A stretch of 64,000 nt of DNA from Nymphaea colorata (GCF_008831285.2 NC_045138.2:8866001-8930000), one strand, 5' to 3'. Positions 26,221 through 38,542 are shown, counted from the stretch's first letter. Program-made: numbers and translations. The notes: generated from the letters alone by a model not told the origin.

Positions 26221-26809
26221 ACTGCGGTAGAAGAGAAGGCGAGCTGAGGGAGAGAACGTCAGAGGAGGTAATGAAAAACACAAAGAAAGAGAGAGACGTA
26301 CAGTACCTAAATACCCCTAACAGTCAAAATGTTTAAAAAATTAAGAACGTGAAGGAAGGGGTATTGTGGGCAGTCAACACTTTTGCTCCTCTCTCCCTTT
26401 CCTTTCCTTCCCAATCCGTCCGATTTGGGAGGGATTGCATTTACACTACACAATCCTTTCCTTTCCCTCCCTTCCTTTTCCCTCCCCTCCCAACCAAACA
26501 CACTTTGCCCCTTTCCCTCCCTTTCCCTCCTCTTTAGTTAGCCAACCAAACAAAGGAGGGATTGTTCAATCCCTCCATTTCCTTCCCTTTCCCTCCAACC
26601 AAACAGGCCCTAGAAGTCGAGAAGAGAAAGAGCAGACGGAAGAGAGAGATTATGTTGAAAAACAAGATAAAGACGTATATATATGTTGCCCTCGGTAAAA
26701 AACAGTTTTAACCCTAAACGGTGAACCGGTTTGAGGTACCGTACCGGTAAGGCTGGGCATCAGGCCGGCCCGGCCCGAAAAAATTGGCAAACCCTGAGCC
26801 CATTAACAC

Positions 26810-29800
26810 TGATAAGATTAGAAAGAATAATCTTTGATTAACATCGAAATCTGCCCTAACTCCTCTTTATATAGACTAGAGGAGAGAGAGAAGTTACAAG
26901 AGAACCATCTAAAGGAAAAGTTATTACAAAAGTACCCTCTTAAACCTAAAACTGAATATAAACACATCTTAACACTCCCCCTCAAGTTGGAGCGTATATG
27001 TCAAATAGGCTCAACTTGGAACAGCAGCTTTGGAATGGTCCCCTTGCAAGAGCCTTAGTAAAGATATCAGCCGTTTGCCCTGTAGTTGAAATGTGTGAGG
27101 TACTTACAAACCCCTTTTGAATCATGTCTCTAGTATAGTGACAATCTACTTCAACATGCTTGGTTCTTTCATGAAAAGCCGGATTATTAGCAATAAACAG
27201 TGCAGCTTTGTTATCACATAACAGTTGCATAGGAAGAGGCACTTCGACAGTAAGATCCAACATCAGGGATCTAACCCACATAACTTCAGCAGTACCCTGA
27301 GCCATAGCTCTATACTCAGATTCTGCACTTGATCTGGCAACCACAGTTTGCTTCTTACTCTTCCATGTAACCAAGTTGGATCCAATAAACACACAAAATC
27401 CAGTAGTGGATTTTCTGTCCGAGGGGCATCCTGCATAGTCGGCATCAACATACACAGATATAGTGAGTGAGGTACCATTCTGAAAGAAGAGTCCCGTTCC
27501 TGGTGAATTCTTTAGATACCTAAGAATCATCATAGCAGCATCCCAATGAACTTTCTTGGGCTTATCCATAAATTGACTCACTCTGCTAACAGCATAGGCA
27601 ATGTCAGGTCGAGTAACAGTGATGTATAGGAGCTTCCCAACAATCCCTCTATACTGTCTCGCATCAACATCTTCAGTATCATCATCATACAAGCAGGTAT
27701 TGATATCCATAGGCGTGGATGCAGGCCGACACCCCAGCATCCCTGTCTCTTGCAAAACATCAGTAACGTATTTCCTCTGGCACATGATAAGGCCCTTTTG
27801 ATTTCTGGCAAACTCAATACCAAGGAAATAACGTAGTTCACCAAGGTCCTTGGTGACAAAGTGTTGTCCAAGGACATCCTTGATGTTGGAAATCCCTTGA
27901 TCATCATCCCCTGTAACAATGATATCATCAACATAGACAAGAACTATCACCGTACCTGTAGAAGTCTTCTTGACAAAGAGGGAATGGTCGGCCGAAGAAC
28001 GTCTGAAGCCCTCATTCTCAATATTCTCTGACAATTTCTGAAACCAAGCTCGAGGACTCTGTTTCAGACCATAAATCGCCTTTCGCAATCTGCACACTTT
28101 CTGACACTCCCCCTCAGCAACAAACCCTGGTGGTTGCTGCATATACACTTCTTCATGTAAGTCACCATAGAGAAAGGCATTTTTGACATCAAGCTGTGAG
28201 AGGGACCAATTCTTGCTGACAGCCACAGCAAGGAGAATCCGTAAAGAAGCATGTCGTGCCACAGGAGAGAAGGTATCATAATAATCAACCCCATAAGTTT
28301 GGGTATAGCCTTTTGCAACCAGACGAGCCTTATATCTGTCAATACTGCCATCTGCTCTGTATTTGATAGTAAAGACCCATCGGCAACCAACAATGGCTGC
28401 ATCAGCTGAAGGAGTAACAAGTGTCCAGGTGCCTCTAGACTGAAGAGCATCCATCTCTTCTTGCATAGCTGCTGCCCATTTGGGATCAGAGAGAGCATCC
28501 ATGGGATTCTGTGGAAGAGCAATAGCCGACAGCCCCTTGACAAACTGTCGGTACATAGGGGTGAGTCTATCCATGGATACATGACCAGAGATAGGATGCA
28601 AAGTGCAACTGCGTTTGCCTTTCCTCTGAGCAATGGACATATCAAGTTCATTAGGAGCATGAACATGCTCGTGACATTCTCCTATGTCATCATTACATAA
28701 ACAATTGTCAGTTGAGTTTGTGTCAGAAATTACCTTGGGCGTGCTGGGTGAAGGCACAGGTGCACATTGAACAGGCGCAACAGGTTTAGTACGACGTTGG
28801 TAGACAGCCCCAAAACGTGGATCAACTGGGTTTGGACAACTCATGAGAGGTAGAGGAAATTGGACTTCATCATTTAATTCAGGCGCCCTTAATTGAGTTC
28901 CATTTGGGGAGAAGAAAGAGGTTGATTCAAAAAATGTAACATCAGCACTCACATAATACCGACGAGTAGAAGGATCATAACATCGATATCCCTTTTGAGT
29001 GCGGGAATAACCAACAAAGATCGTTTTGATGGCCCGCGGAGACAACTTATCTCGCCCAGGACCAAGCAACTGAACAAAGGCAACACATCCAAAAACACGA
29101 GGTGGAACAGAAAACAAGTCTCTGTCAGGAAAGAGGACAGAGATAGGAATAAGGTCTCCCAGCACAGATGACGGCATACGATTAATAAGATAGCATGCTG
29201 TGAGAACAGCATCTCCCCAGTAAGAATGGGGAACATGGCTATGTATGATAATGGTTCTGGCAACATCAAGAATATGACGGTGTTTCCGTTCAGCAACCCC
29301 ATTTTGTTGGGAGGTATAGGCACAAGAAGTTTGGTGGATGATACCCTTATCCCTGAAAAATTGTTCCAAAGAGGAAGCACAGAACTCAAGAGCATTGTCA
29401 GAGCGCACAATTTTGACACAAGTATCAAACTGAGTCAGAATTTCATTGATAAAATTTTTGATTACATGACCCACTTCAGATTTATGCTTCATAAGAAAAA
29501 CCCAACTAACACGACTATGGTCATCGACCGCAACAAGATAATATCGATGACCTTGAAGATCAGGTGTACGACTCGGACCCCAAACATCAAAATGAAGTAA
29601 CTCAAACACAGAATGGCTACTTCGACTGGGCCGCGGAGGAAAGGATGACCGATGGTGTTTGCCCAACTGACAAGACTCGCATTGAAAAGAAGACTTAGGA
29701 GACAGCTGAGGAAGAACATGCAGTAGTTTCTGAAACGGTAGATGTCCAAAACGTAAATGCCAAGTATAAGCCGAGGATGAGGACGACCCCGCAGAGGTAG

Positions 29801-30589
29801 ACCCAGCAAAGGGAAAGGGATGCACTAGCCTGTAAAGACCTCCCTGTTCACGGCCACTGCCAATCACCCTGCCCGTCAGTATATCCTGAAACACAAGAGA
29901 AGAGGAGTCAAATATCGCACGACAGTTTAAATCTCTGGTAATCTGACTGATAGATAGTAGGCTATGTGGGAATTCTGGTGCATGAAGAACATGTTGCAAT
30001 GGTAATGATGAAGTAAGTTGGACCTCTCCAAGTCCAACAACTGGAGAATATTTGCCATCTGCTAGAATAACCGAGCGACCAGGTGGAGTAGGGACATAAG
30101 AAGTAAACTGTGCCTTGTCTCCACAGAGATGTGTCGATGCACCTGAATCAATGAGCCAATCTGTAGTGTCAGCCACGGCGGGCAGCGGCGAAGATGACTG
30201 CAACAGCTGACGGAGGCGTCGGGCGGAGAAGACAGCGACGGGCGGAGGCGTCGGGTGGAGAGGTCAGCGACGGGCGGAGGCGTCGGGTGGAGAGGTCAGC
30301 GACGGGCGGAGATGGGTGGACACGAGCGGGTGGAGGAAGCGCAGCGATGGGCGCGGTCAGGCGGCGGGCGGCGCCGCTCAATCGGCGCGCCAAGGAGGAG
30401 GAGACGGCTGCTGCTCTGATACCATGATAAGATTAGAAAGAATAATCTTTGATTAACATCGAAATCTGCCCTAACTCCTCTTTATATAGACTAGAGGAGA
30501 GAGAGAAGTTACAAGAGAACCATCTAAAGGAAAAGTTATTACAAAAGTACCCTCTTAAACCTAAAACTGAATATAAACACATCTTAACA
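26810..30589 (-). mobile_element. Ty1/Copia copy B, gag-deleted
   Basis: 165-bp LTRs at 26810-26974 and 30425-30589, identical by eye; TSD AACAC; PBS ending at 30424; PPT at 26975-26985. Confidence 0.97.
26982..30203 (-). CDS. Uninterrupted PR-INT-RT-RNase H frame of Copia B, lacking gag and an ATG start
   Basis: 1073-codon frame with all pol motifs; begins at TTG in leader sequence; in-frame TGA just upstream at 30264-30266. Confidence 0.75.
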   Translation of the reverse strand: MQSSSPLPAVADTTDWLIDSGASTHLCGDKAQFTSYVPTPPGRSVILADGKYSPVVGLGEVQLTSSLPLQHVLHAPEFPHSLLSISQITRDLNCRAIFDSSSLVFQDILTGRVIGSGREQGGLYRLVHPFPFAGSTSAGSSSSSAYTWHLRFGHLPFQKLLHVLPQLSPKSSFQCESCQLGKHHRSSFPPRPSRSSHSVFELLHFDVWGPSRTPDLQGHRYYLVAVDDHSRVSWVFLMKHKSEVGHVIKNFINEILTQFDTCVKIVRSDNALEFCASSLEQFFRDKGIIHQTSCAYTSQQNGVAERKHRHILDVARTIIIHSHVPHSYWGDAVLTACYLINRMPSSVLGDLIPISVLFPDRDLFSVPPRVFGCVAFVQLLGPGRDKLSPRAIKTIFVGYSRTQKGYRCYDPSTRRYYVSADVTFFESTSFFSPNGTQLRAPELNDEVQFPLPLMSCPNPVDPRFGAVYQRRTKPVAPVQCAPVPSPSTPKVISDTNSTDNCLCNDDIGECHEHVHAPNELDMSIAQRKGKRSCTLHPISGHVSMDRLTPMYRQFVKGLSAIALPQNPMDALSDPKWAAAMQEEMDALQSRGTWTLVTPSADAAIVGCRWVFTIKYRADGSIDRYKARLVAKGYTQTYGVDYYDTFSPVARHASLRILLAVAVSKNWSLSQLDVKNAFLYGDLHEEVYMQQPPGFVAEGECQKVCRLRKAIYGLKQSPRAWFQKLSENIENEGFRRSSADHSLFVKKTSTGTVIVLVYVDDIIVTGDDDQGISNIKDVLGQHFVTKDLGELRYFLGIEFARNQKGLIMCQRKYVTDVLQETGMLGCRPASTPMDINTCLYDDDTEDVDARQYRGIVGKLLYITVTRPDIAYAVSRVSQFMDKPKKVHWDAAMMILRYLKNSPGTGLFFQNGTSLTISVYVDADYAGCPSDRKSTTGFCVFIGSNLVTWKSKKQTVVARSSAESEYRAMAQGTAEVMWVRSLMLDLTVEVPLPMQLLCDNKAALFIANNPAFHERTKHVEVDCHYTRDMIQKGFVSTSHISTTGQTADIFTKALARGPFQSCCSKLSLFDIYAPT

Positions 30590-32864
30590 AACACTACCGG
30601 GCCAGCCCGAGACCCAGCCCGTTTGTAACCGGGCCGGGCCGATGAACTATCGGGCCTCGGGCTTGAAATTACGCCCGAGGCCCGGCCCGGCCCAATTATT
30701 GACGGGCCTGGTGTTGGGCCGCACCGGGCTTCCCTCTTGCTACTGTCGTGAACGGCCTTGCTGCTACCGTGAAGGGCCTCCTGCTGCTGCCGTGCCGTGA
30801 AGGGTCTCACTTTCAAGCCTTTCTCCCTTCTTTTTCCGTTGTTTTTTCCTCCCCCGCTTTTCATTTGCAAGCGAACACTCCACGGGTTCTTGTTGGCCAT
30901 ACATTCCCTCTTCAATTTGATGACTGGTTGCAATGCGAGGTTGTTGTGCAAGACAGACAACAAAAGCAGGATGTTGTTTGGCTAGGCAGTTGAGAGTGAG
31001 ACTCAATGCCTCTGCCTCTGTTGTAGTATGATAGAAGTAGAAGAGGCGGAAGGAAGACATACCTCTCACCCTCTGTGTTCTTGGTTCTTTCCCCCTTTCC
31101 TTGGTTGTTAGAATGATGGAGATAAAAAGGAGAAGAAAGTCAGATGAAGAATCACTCGTCATCATCAAAGTACTCACCAGAGGAAACAGCCGGAGGGGAT
31201 TGTGATCCACAAAACAGCAAATTTCTGAAAACCCAAACCCCAACCTCAATCCGAACAGAGCGGACTGCTCATCCCACGCAACCTCCACTCTTCTGGCGTC
31301 CTCTTCACCTGCCACTTCCCATCACCAACCTTTGTTGGCGTCCTCTTCACTGCCAGTTTGCCACTTCCCAGTGGCGATGGCAGATTCCTCATCCCCCGCA
31401 ACCTCCACTTACTCTCCCTCCCCACAACTTTCCCTCTCTACCGCCTTCGACCTAACCTCTATTTTTTTTTAGATAGTCGGGTTTATCGGGCCGCCGACGG
31501 TAACATGTTCAAGCCCGAACCCGGCCCGTTAAAGTAACGGGTCGGTCGAGCCCGATAAAACGGGCCCGATAACTAATTTTTCTAAGCCCAGGCCTGGGCC
31601 CGAACCGGGTCGGGTATCGGGTACCTGGCGGCGGCCCGGCCCTGTGCCCAGGCTTACGTACCGGTTTATACGATTCAGTTATAAACGAGTCGAGTCGAGT
31701 TTAAACGAGTCGAGTCGAGTTTAAACGAGTCGAGTTCTTGAAACTCGAACTCGACTCGTTTATAGTTTCGAGTTTAAGTGTGAGCTCGAACTCGACTCAT
31801 TTATAAATGAGTCGAGCTCGAGCCGAGCTTTCTCGAGCGAGTTCGAGTCGAGCCCGAGTTGGCTCGACTCGTTGTGCAGCCCTACTCGTGACGTCTTGAT
31901 CTTGGAGGGCATTGTTAAATTGTGTGAGCAAAATAATGTTCGAGTTAAAAATTTCTACCACCAATCCATGTAGCTCGCCAACAAAAACACTGATCTCCTC
32001 CATAGTAGGCCATTTAAGATGCTCCTACCAACCCAATTATCAACCCAGAACCGAATGTTCCCCTCGTCAATACTCTACTTGACATGATGAGCAAGGCCGT
32101 GTCAAGACTTTCATATATCAGGGAAGAACTAGGATGCCCAAGGACGGCCACTGAGGGACCAAAGGCTATGGAAATATGAGTATTTACAATGCATGATCTT
32201 AGCCCATGTTGCTTCTTTTTGTTAAGTTTGGGTGCCCAAAGGCCTCTTCTTGCTATAGACATCTCTTCTATGCTCATGAGGCCCACACCTTCCTCCTCAA
32301 TGGACCAACAAATAGTGTTCCATGCAACATAGTGACTGTCATGTCCATCTCTGTTACCTACCCATAGAAATGTTAACGAAATTGGTAAGGAGGATAAGGA
32401 CAACAAATCCACTGGAGAGAAATCGACAATCAGAAAATGGATGTCGAGCTGGTAACAAAAGGTTGTGATCGAATGAGAAAAGTAGAAAAAACAGAAAATA
32501 AGAAAAGGCAACAATCTTGGGATAAAATGAAGTTTTCATCTAATCTAGGCAAGAACGATCTTGCATGTGATAATAAGTAATTTCTTTCCCTATAAAAGGG
32601 ACTCGACTCTATCATTGTACTATCATCTTCTTAACAAGAAAACAAAGTCTGAGTGCCTTCTGGTTGTGGACGTAGGCTTCATCTAAGCCAAACCACGTTA
32701 ATTTTTGCCTTCCTCGTTACTCTCCTTACGTGTGTTCTTTATGGTATCAGAGCACTAAAATTGATCGCCTCCTATTGCTGAAACAGAGGAAGAACAGAGG
32801 AAGTTATGTGGGTTTGTTCACGACAATGTTTATTGCTAGCGTTGTCAAAATCGATCACTCTAGC

Positions 32865-33268
32865 TGTAACAACCCGATCCACTCCTAAGCTCGGGCCCCT
32901 GGTTCGGCGGACCCAACCCTCCCCCTAGCAGTTTTGGCTTCAACCTCAAAAAGGCTAGGAACCAAGACAATTATCTCTTTAATGACCCCCTTTATAAGCC
33001 CTTGAAGATCTCTCACAATCATCAATACGGAACTAAATTTCTAGGGTGTTACAATCCACCCCCCTTAAGGCACACGCGTCCACACATGTGGGACCCTAGG
33101 TCCGAGTGTTGAACCAACTCTGATACCATTATAACAACCCGACCCACTCCTATGCTTGGGCCCCGGGTTCGGTGGACCAGGACAATCATCTCTTTAATGA
33201 CCCCCTTTATAAGCCCTTAAAGTTCTCTCACAATCTTCAATACGAGACTAAATTTCTGGGGTGTTACA
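32865..33268 (-). mobile_element. TRIM (terminal-repeat retrotransposon in miniature)
   Basis: Terminal repeats at 32865-33053 and 33130-33268; ~76-bp internal region with PBS (CTCTGATACCA on +) and PPT (ATCCACCCCCC on +); TSD CTAGC. Confidence 0.9.
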
Positions 33269-33398
33269 CTAGCTATCGAACAGAAGTTCAAACAATTCCT
33301 GAATGTCTGTAGATTTTTCCTGTGCATTCGTAGAATTTTTGGAGGTTCGAGGAGGTAGCACTTGATTTTTGAAGCGTCGCTAGTCGAGAAACAGAAGG

Positions 33399-36300
33399 CA
33401 ATGTTGTAAAACACGTATCGTAAGCTGTATCAGTCGGACTTTAAGATATGTCATATCGTAAAATATCATAACGTATCGTAACCGTATCGTAATTTTTTTT
33501 AAAATTTATTAATAAATCAGAAAAAATAAAAAAATAAAAAAATCAGAAAAAATCAGAAAAATTAAAAATAATAAATTTTTTATAGAAAACATGTTTGAGA
33601 TAATGATAGACTAATTATTGCTATACACTTGTTCATCATTCATAGACATCAAAATTCATAACAATATCATTCAACAAAGCATAAGCCATAAAGTGATAAA
33701 ACATTCAAGTGTTCAACAACCATAGATTCATAACTCTTAAGTCGTTCGAAACATCTAAAATGAAAACACTCTTGACTTGACTCTCATTCATGATTCATCA
33801 TTGATAATCTTCATAATCTTCATCATCTTCATCTTCTTCTTCATCTTCATTGTCAAGAATTGGAAGATCCTCACCAACATATTCAGCACCAGCAGTGTCA
33901 GTAGCAGACTCTCCTTCATCAACAAAGCCTTTTGTTGCTTCAACTTCAATTTTGAAGCATTCAAGATCTTCATCATCAAATATTGTAGCTGGTTCTTCCT
34001 CAATCCATGGCTCTAGATTGTCAAAATTTTTCAAGCTGATAGGATCGAACTGAGATGTGTGCTTCCTTGCTAATGATTTTTCTAATTGTCTATGTTAAAT
34101 AAGAGAAAACTTGTTAATATATAATTTCATATAAATATATTGTACAAAAAATGTAAACATTAAGTTATATGCCTATATTCTTTTTTTTGCTATGGATATG
34201 TTGGAACACACTTTAGTTCCTTTCACATCCACCAGCACTGGATGTCTGGCTAAGGACTTTGATTGCAAAACGTGCTAGGTTTGGATAATCAAACTCATAC
34301 CTATTCCACCACAAATCTAAACAAAAATATAACAAATCAATGTGAAAGTTTTAAAAGAATCAAATGTAACAAATGCAAAGTAAATTAAGAATTTCTATGT
34401 ATTTACCTGGACGCATGGTTGTCCTAACTCGAATGGCGACAGGTTGTCCCATGTTTTGAAAACAAGTATCATATAGATCCAACTCATTGTACACATCATC
34501 TTGTTCTCTAGAATCTGCCACTAACACGTTAATACAATCCAACAAACCACCTAAGACTTCTCTGTCCTTCTTAAATGTAGGAGAAAATCTAATTGCAGGA
34601 TTTAGATAGTAAGCTGTTGCATGAAGAGGTTGATGAAGCTGTCAAGTCCACCTTTTATCTATAATCTTCCATATGGGCATATATAACTTTTTCTTTTCTT
34701 TCAAGTTGTCTCGAATTGCCTCTTTTGCTTTATCCATAGCCTCATATAAGTACCCTATGGAAGGTCTATCTTCGCTGTCACCTAACCTGAGAACTTTAAC
34801 TAGTGGAACACAACCTTCAATAGCTTCACACATGATTCCCAAAATTCGTTATTGAATACAATATCCACACTAAAGAAGCATTTCTTTTATGAGCATGTGG
34901 ATATGCAGCTAATTCTTCATTAGCGAACATCTGCCTCAAAGAAGTTCTTTGTTTCACTACACTCTGCACAGTCAATACATTTGTGGCAAATCTAGTTTAT
35001 GCAGGTCGTATTAATTCAACTCTTTTTGTAAACTTTCTCATCAAACTCAATACATATACATGATTATAGATAAATTTTGTTACTTCTTGACATTGGTTAT
35101 TGGCTGATTTCATATGATGCATCTCATTAAGATCTTGAAGCATTAGATTAACACAATGAGTGGCACATGGACTCCAAAAAAATGTTCTATACTTTTGAAA
35201 TAACAAATCTCTTGCAACTCTATAATTTGTAGCATTATCTATAATAAACTACATAATGTTTGCAGGTCCAATTTCTTGTACGACATTATCAAAAACATTG
35301 AACAAAATCTTAGCAGTCTTAGGAGCATCAGATAAGTCAAGAGATTTCAAGAACATTGTACCTTTAGGGCAATAAACAAGAAAATTTACAAGTGTTCTTG
35401 ACCTTGTATCAGTCCATTCATTTGACATAATGGAACAACATGTTTCCTTCCAACATAATTTCAACTCATCTCAATGTTCAGACACTTCTTTGATCGTATC
35501 CTGAAGAATTTTGCCCATCAACTGATGATATGATGGCATTGTGAATCCGAGGCCTATAGAAGCAATTGCATCTGCCATTGCTTGGAATTGAAAAGAATTA
35601 GCTGCATTAAATTGAATACATACATCATAAAACCATTTCTCTACCATCTTTTGTAAATGATATAACATATTTTTAGATGTCATAGCAGCATGAATCTGCG
35701 GCTGACCACCTTAGTATATGAAGGAAAAAAAAATCTTAATAGAACCAACACTAGACCTACCAGTAGGCACTCTACCACTAGGTGGTCGCATACCAGCCTA
35801 GCCCTAATATCTGTTGTGCCTCTTCTCTTCTTTCCCGTTATGCCAGATCGACCTCCTTCATACATGATCCCTTTTTCTTTACGAACTCTACCTCTTGAGG
35901 TCTCCAAATCTGTTCTTAGACTGCTATCATCTTCATCGTCACATTCATAAGCTTCTTCCTCTTCTTCTTCATCTTCCAAAGGCTCATTATAGCTTACATC
36001 TGCCTCTTCAATTTCTTTTTGTATCCTCTTTTGACGTAAAACATGAAGCGTATCTAAACATTGCTAACGCACAAATGGAGGCAAAGGTTTGTTTGGTCCT
36101 CCAATACAAGGAGACATCTTTGGAGGTCCCTGCCAAATGGTGTTTCATTCTACTAATCCCTCCTGAAAGTGTTTTATTCTCCTCCACCCTTTCGCACCAT
36201 TGCCATGTAGGATCCATATCTTCAAAAAAAAAAAAAAAGAAATCCTATGGTAAACTTAATGAAAAACATTCAAAATCTTTCAATCTATGATTGTATGTAA

Positions 36301-36763
36301 AAAATTATGAATATATGATAAAAACATGAGATTTCATATCTTACCAAGAAGAAATGAAGAAAACCCTTTTCCTCCCAACGAAAATCAATCACCTACGCAC
36401 AAATCGACCCCTTAATCTTCGATTTCATGGTGAAAATCAACTTTTTGATGGTGAAAATGGACGATCGCCCTCCTTGACGGCAGTATCCGAGCATGAGAAA
36501 TGAAGAACGCAGGGTATTTTTCAAAAAGAAGTCAAATAAGTAGGTCGCAGGTGGATTTTTGTGAAATCAGCCCGTATCATACGATACGGGGTGTATCACT
36601 CTGTATTGTATGATACGAGCCCTGTATCGCATGATACGTGCGATACAGGAACGATACACTCCCTATTTACGATACGGGGGGTGTATCGTACTGTACTTTC
36701 AAAACGGTATGATACGTATCGTACCGTATTTTCAAAACGGTACGATACAACATGGCAACACTG
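33399..36763 (-). mobile_element. hAT DNA transposon with decayed transposase
   Basis: Termini CAATGTTG / CAACACTG; CGATAC subterminal repeats at both ends; flanking 8-mers do not match. Confidence 0.8.
33780..36217 (-). pseudogene. hAT transposase pseudogene (BED finger remnant, DUF659-type core, dimerisation region, acidic tail)
   Basis: GGISRMKHHLAG, CSIMSNEWTD, NFLVYCPKGTMFLKS, FWSPCATHCVNLML, PLVKVLRL..SEDRPSIGYLYEAM; many stops and frameshifts. Confidence 0.92.
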
Positions 36764-38216
36764 ATTTCTACCCTTCGTTCCATCGACCGGCATTGTTTCC
36801 ACAGTTGATCTCCCACTGCGAGATTACAACAGGAAGAACCTTCATTTTGTTTCGGATTCAACGGTCCCAAGCTCGACCGGATTCGTGATTGGAGTCAGTC
36901 GAAATCGTTAAAGTTCTGACCGCATCTCCTCCTGCTGTCAAGGTTCCTACATGGTGTCATCTTCCACACTTATTTTTCCTTATCCTTGCACAATCAATGT
37001 GTCAAACTTTGTCTCACTCAAACAGCGAGCTGAGAATTTTCTCCTATAGAAGACACAAATTTTGGCACTGGTTGAGAGCCAAGATCTTCAAGGGTTTTTG
37101 ACTGGCGAGGTTGCTGCTCCACCAAAACTTATCGATGATTCTTCTTCTCAAAAACTGGTACCCAATTCCCAATTTACTGCTTGGAAGAAGCCTGATCGCC
37201 TAATCAAGGGGTGGATAACCAACACGTTGTCTGAAAGTGCTCTTGGCCTAGTTGTTGGCTTTGAGACATCCAAGGATATCTGGAGGGCTCTTATGAATGC
37301 CTTTTCTTGCAAATCACGTGAAAGAGAATTCCATCTCATGCATTTGCTCACTTCGCTTAAGAAGAATGATGACTATGTGGAAGACTATATAGGTAAATTC
37401 AAATGAATATGCCGACAATCTTTTAGCTATTGGGAAATCTGTTGATGAGGGGGCACAAGTTTATTGGCTACTTCAAAAACTTGGAGAAGGATACGAAGCC
37501 TTTATTGCATCCATGATTCGATCACCTACACTGCCTTATGAAGAGGTCATTTCTTTTCTTCAAAGTTTTGACTCACGGTTAAAAAGTCTCACTCCTCCCA
37601 TCATGGCAATGACACACTAACAATCAGGACGTGGCCACGGGCATGGACGCGAATATAGAGGACGTGGACACTATCAAAATTGTCCATGAGAAAATTCCAA
37701 TCTCTCTTCTAATGGTGATGAGAAGATAAATAAAATCCCTATTGTTTGTTAAATGTGTGGTAAAAAATATTATTCGGCCATCAAGTGTTTTGAACAATTC
37801 AATCATGCCTATCAAGCCGAAGATGCCCAACAAGCTCTCACCGCTATCACTATTGATGATGCAAATAACTCAGAATGGTTGGCCGATACTAGAGCATCAG
37901 CTCACATGACTGGGAACCCTTGTAAGATTTCTAAAATCTCTTCTTATTATGGATGTGATCACATTATTGTTGGAGATGGCACATCCATTCCCATAACTCA
38001 TATTGATAAAAGTGAAATCGATACGGCGGATCATCAATTCCTCTTTCTCATGTTATATATGTTCCAAAATTAAAGAAAAACTTACTTTTTGTCACCCAAC
38101 TAACTAGTGAGTTATCATATGTTTTTGAAATTTTTTCCTCATGTTGTCTGTCTTATAAGGGACAAGAGAACATGGAAAATAGTGGCACAAGGCAATAAGA
38201 GTGATGAAGTTTACAC

Positions 38217-38542
38217 CATAGTCACAGAAAACACTTTTTTTTTTGAAAAAAACACGCTACATTAAATGGTCGTTTGTAATGTGTTGTTTTCACTTTTTTC
38301 ATTTTTTCAGTTTCTTTAATGACAAACAGTTTTGTTTTCATTTTCTATATTTTATTTGTCACAAATGTACTTAGCTTTTGATGTTTGTGTTATTAGTTTC
38401 TCACTTATTTTATTTTTTCTATTTTTAGTGTTTTAAAAATTTTAAAAATTTACCGTATTTTTCCTACTTTTTTCAAGCTCGCGATATTATACCCAAGAAA
38501 AACCTCGCCATTTAAAACTCCGAGATGTTATTTGTGACTATG
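38217..38542. mobile_element. 326-bp hAT-type MITE inserted in Copia D
   Basis: TIR CATAGTCACA / TGTGACTATG; perfect 8-bp TSD GTTTACAC (38209-38216, 38543-38550); T-rich interior. Confidence 0.9.

Larger units (their letters stand above)
26748..31656. mobile_element. Second non-autonomous hAT element nested in the Pack-hAT; host of Copia B
   Basis: Imperfect TIR TAAGGCTGGGCA / TGCCCAGGCTTA; perfect 8-bp TSD CGTACCGG (26740-26747, 31657-31664); GGCCCG subterminal repeats. Confidence 0.92.
23984..31884. mobile_element. Non-autonomous hAT element carrying host gene fragments (Pack-hAT)
   Basis: TIR TAGGGCTGCACA / TGTGCAGCCCTA; perfect 8-bp TSD CTCGTGAC (23976-23983, 31885-31892); CTCGA-rich subterminal repeats at both ends; no transposase. 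Confidence 0.93.

Noticed and set aside
26326..26610. Pyrimidine-rich stretch with CCAAACA repeats ending CCAAACAGGCCC
   Set aside because: Resembles one end of a Tourist-like MITE, but no partner TIR or TSD was found.
31670..31880. Regularly spaced CGAGTCGAG repeats, superficially CRISPR-like
   Set aside because: hAT subterminal repeats in a plant genome; no unique spacers or cas genes.
32865..33268. Cassandra (5S rRNA-bearing) identity for the TRIM
   Set aside because: No 5S A/C-box sequence seen in the terminal repeats.
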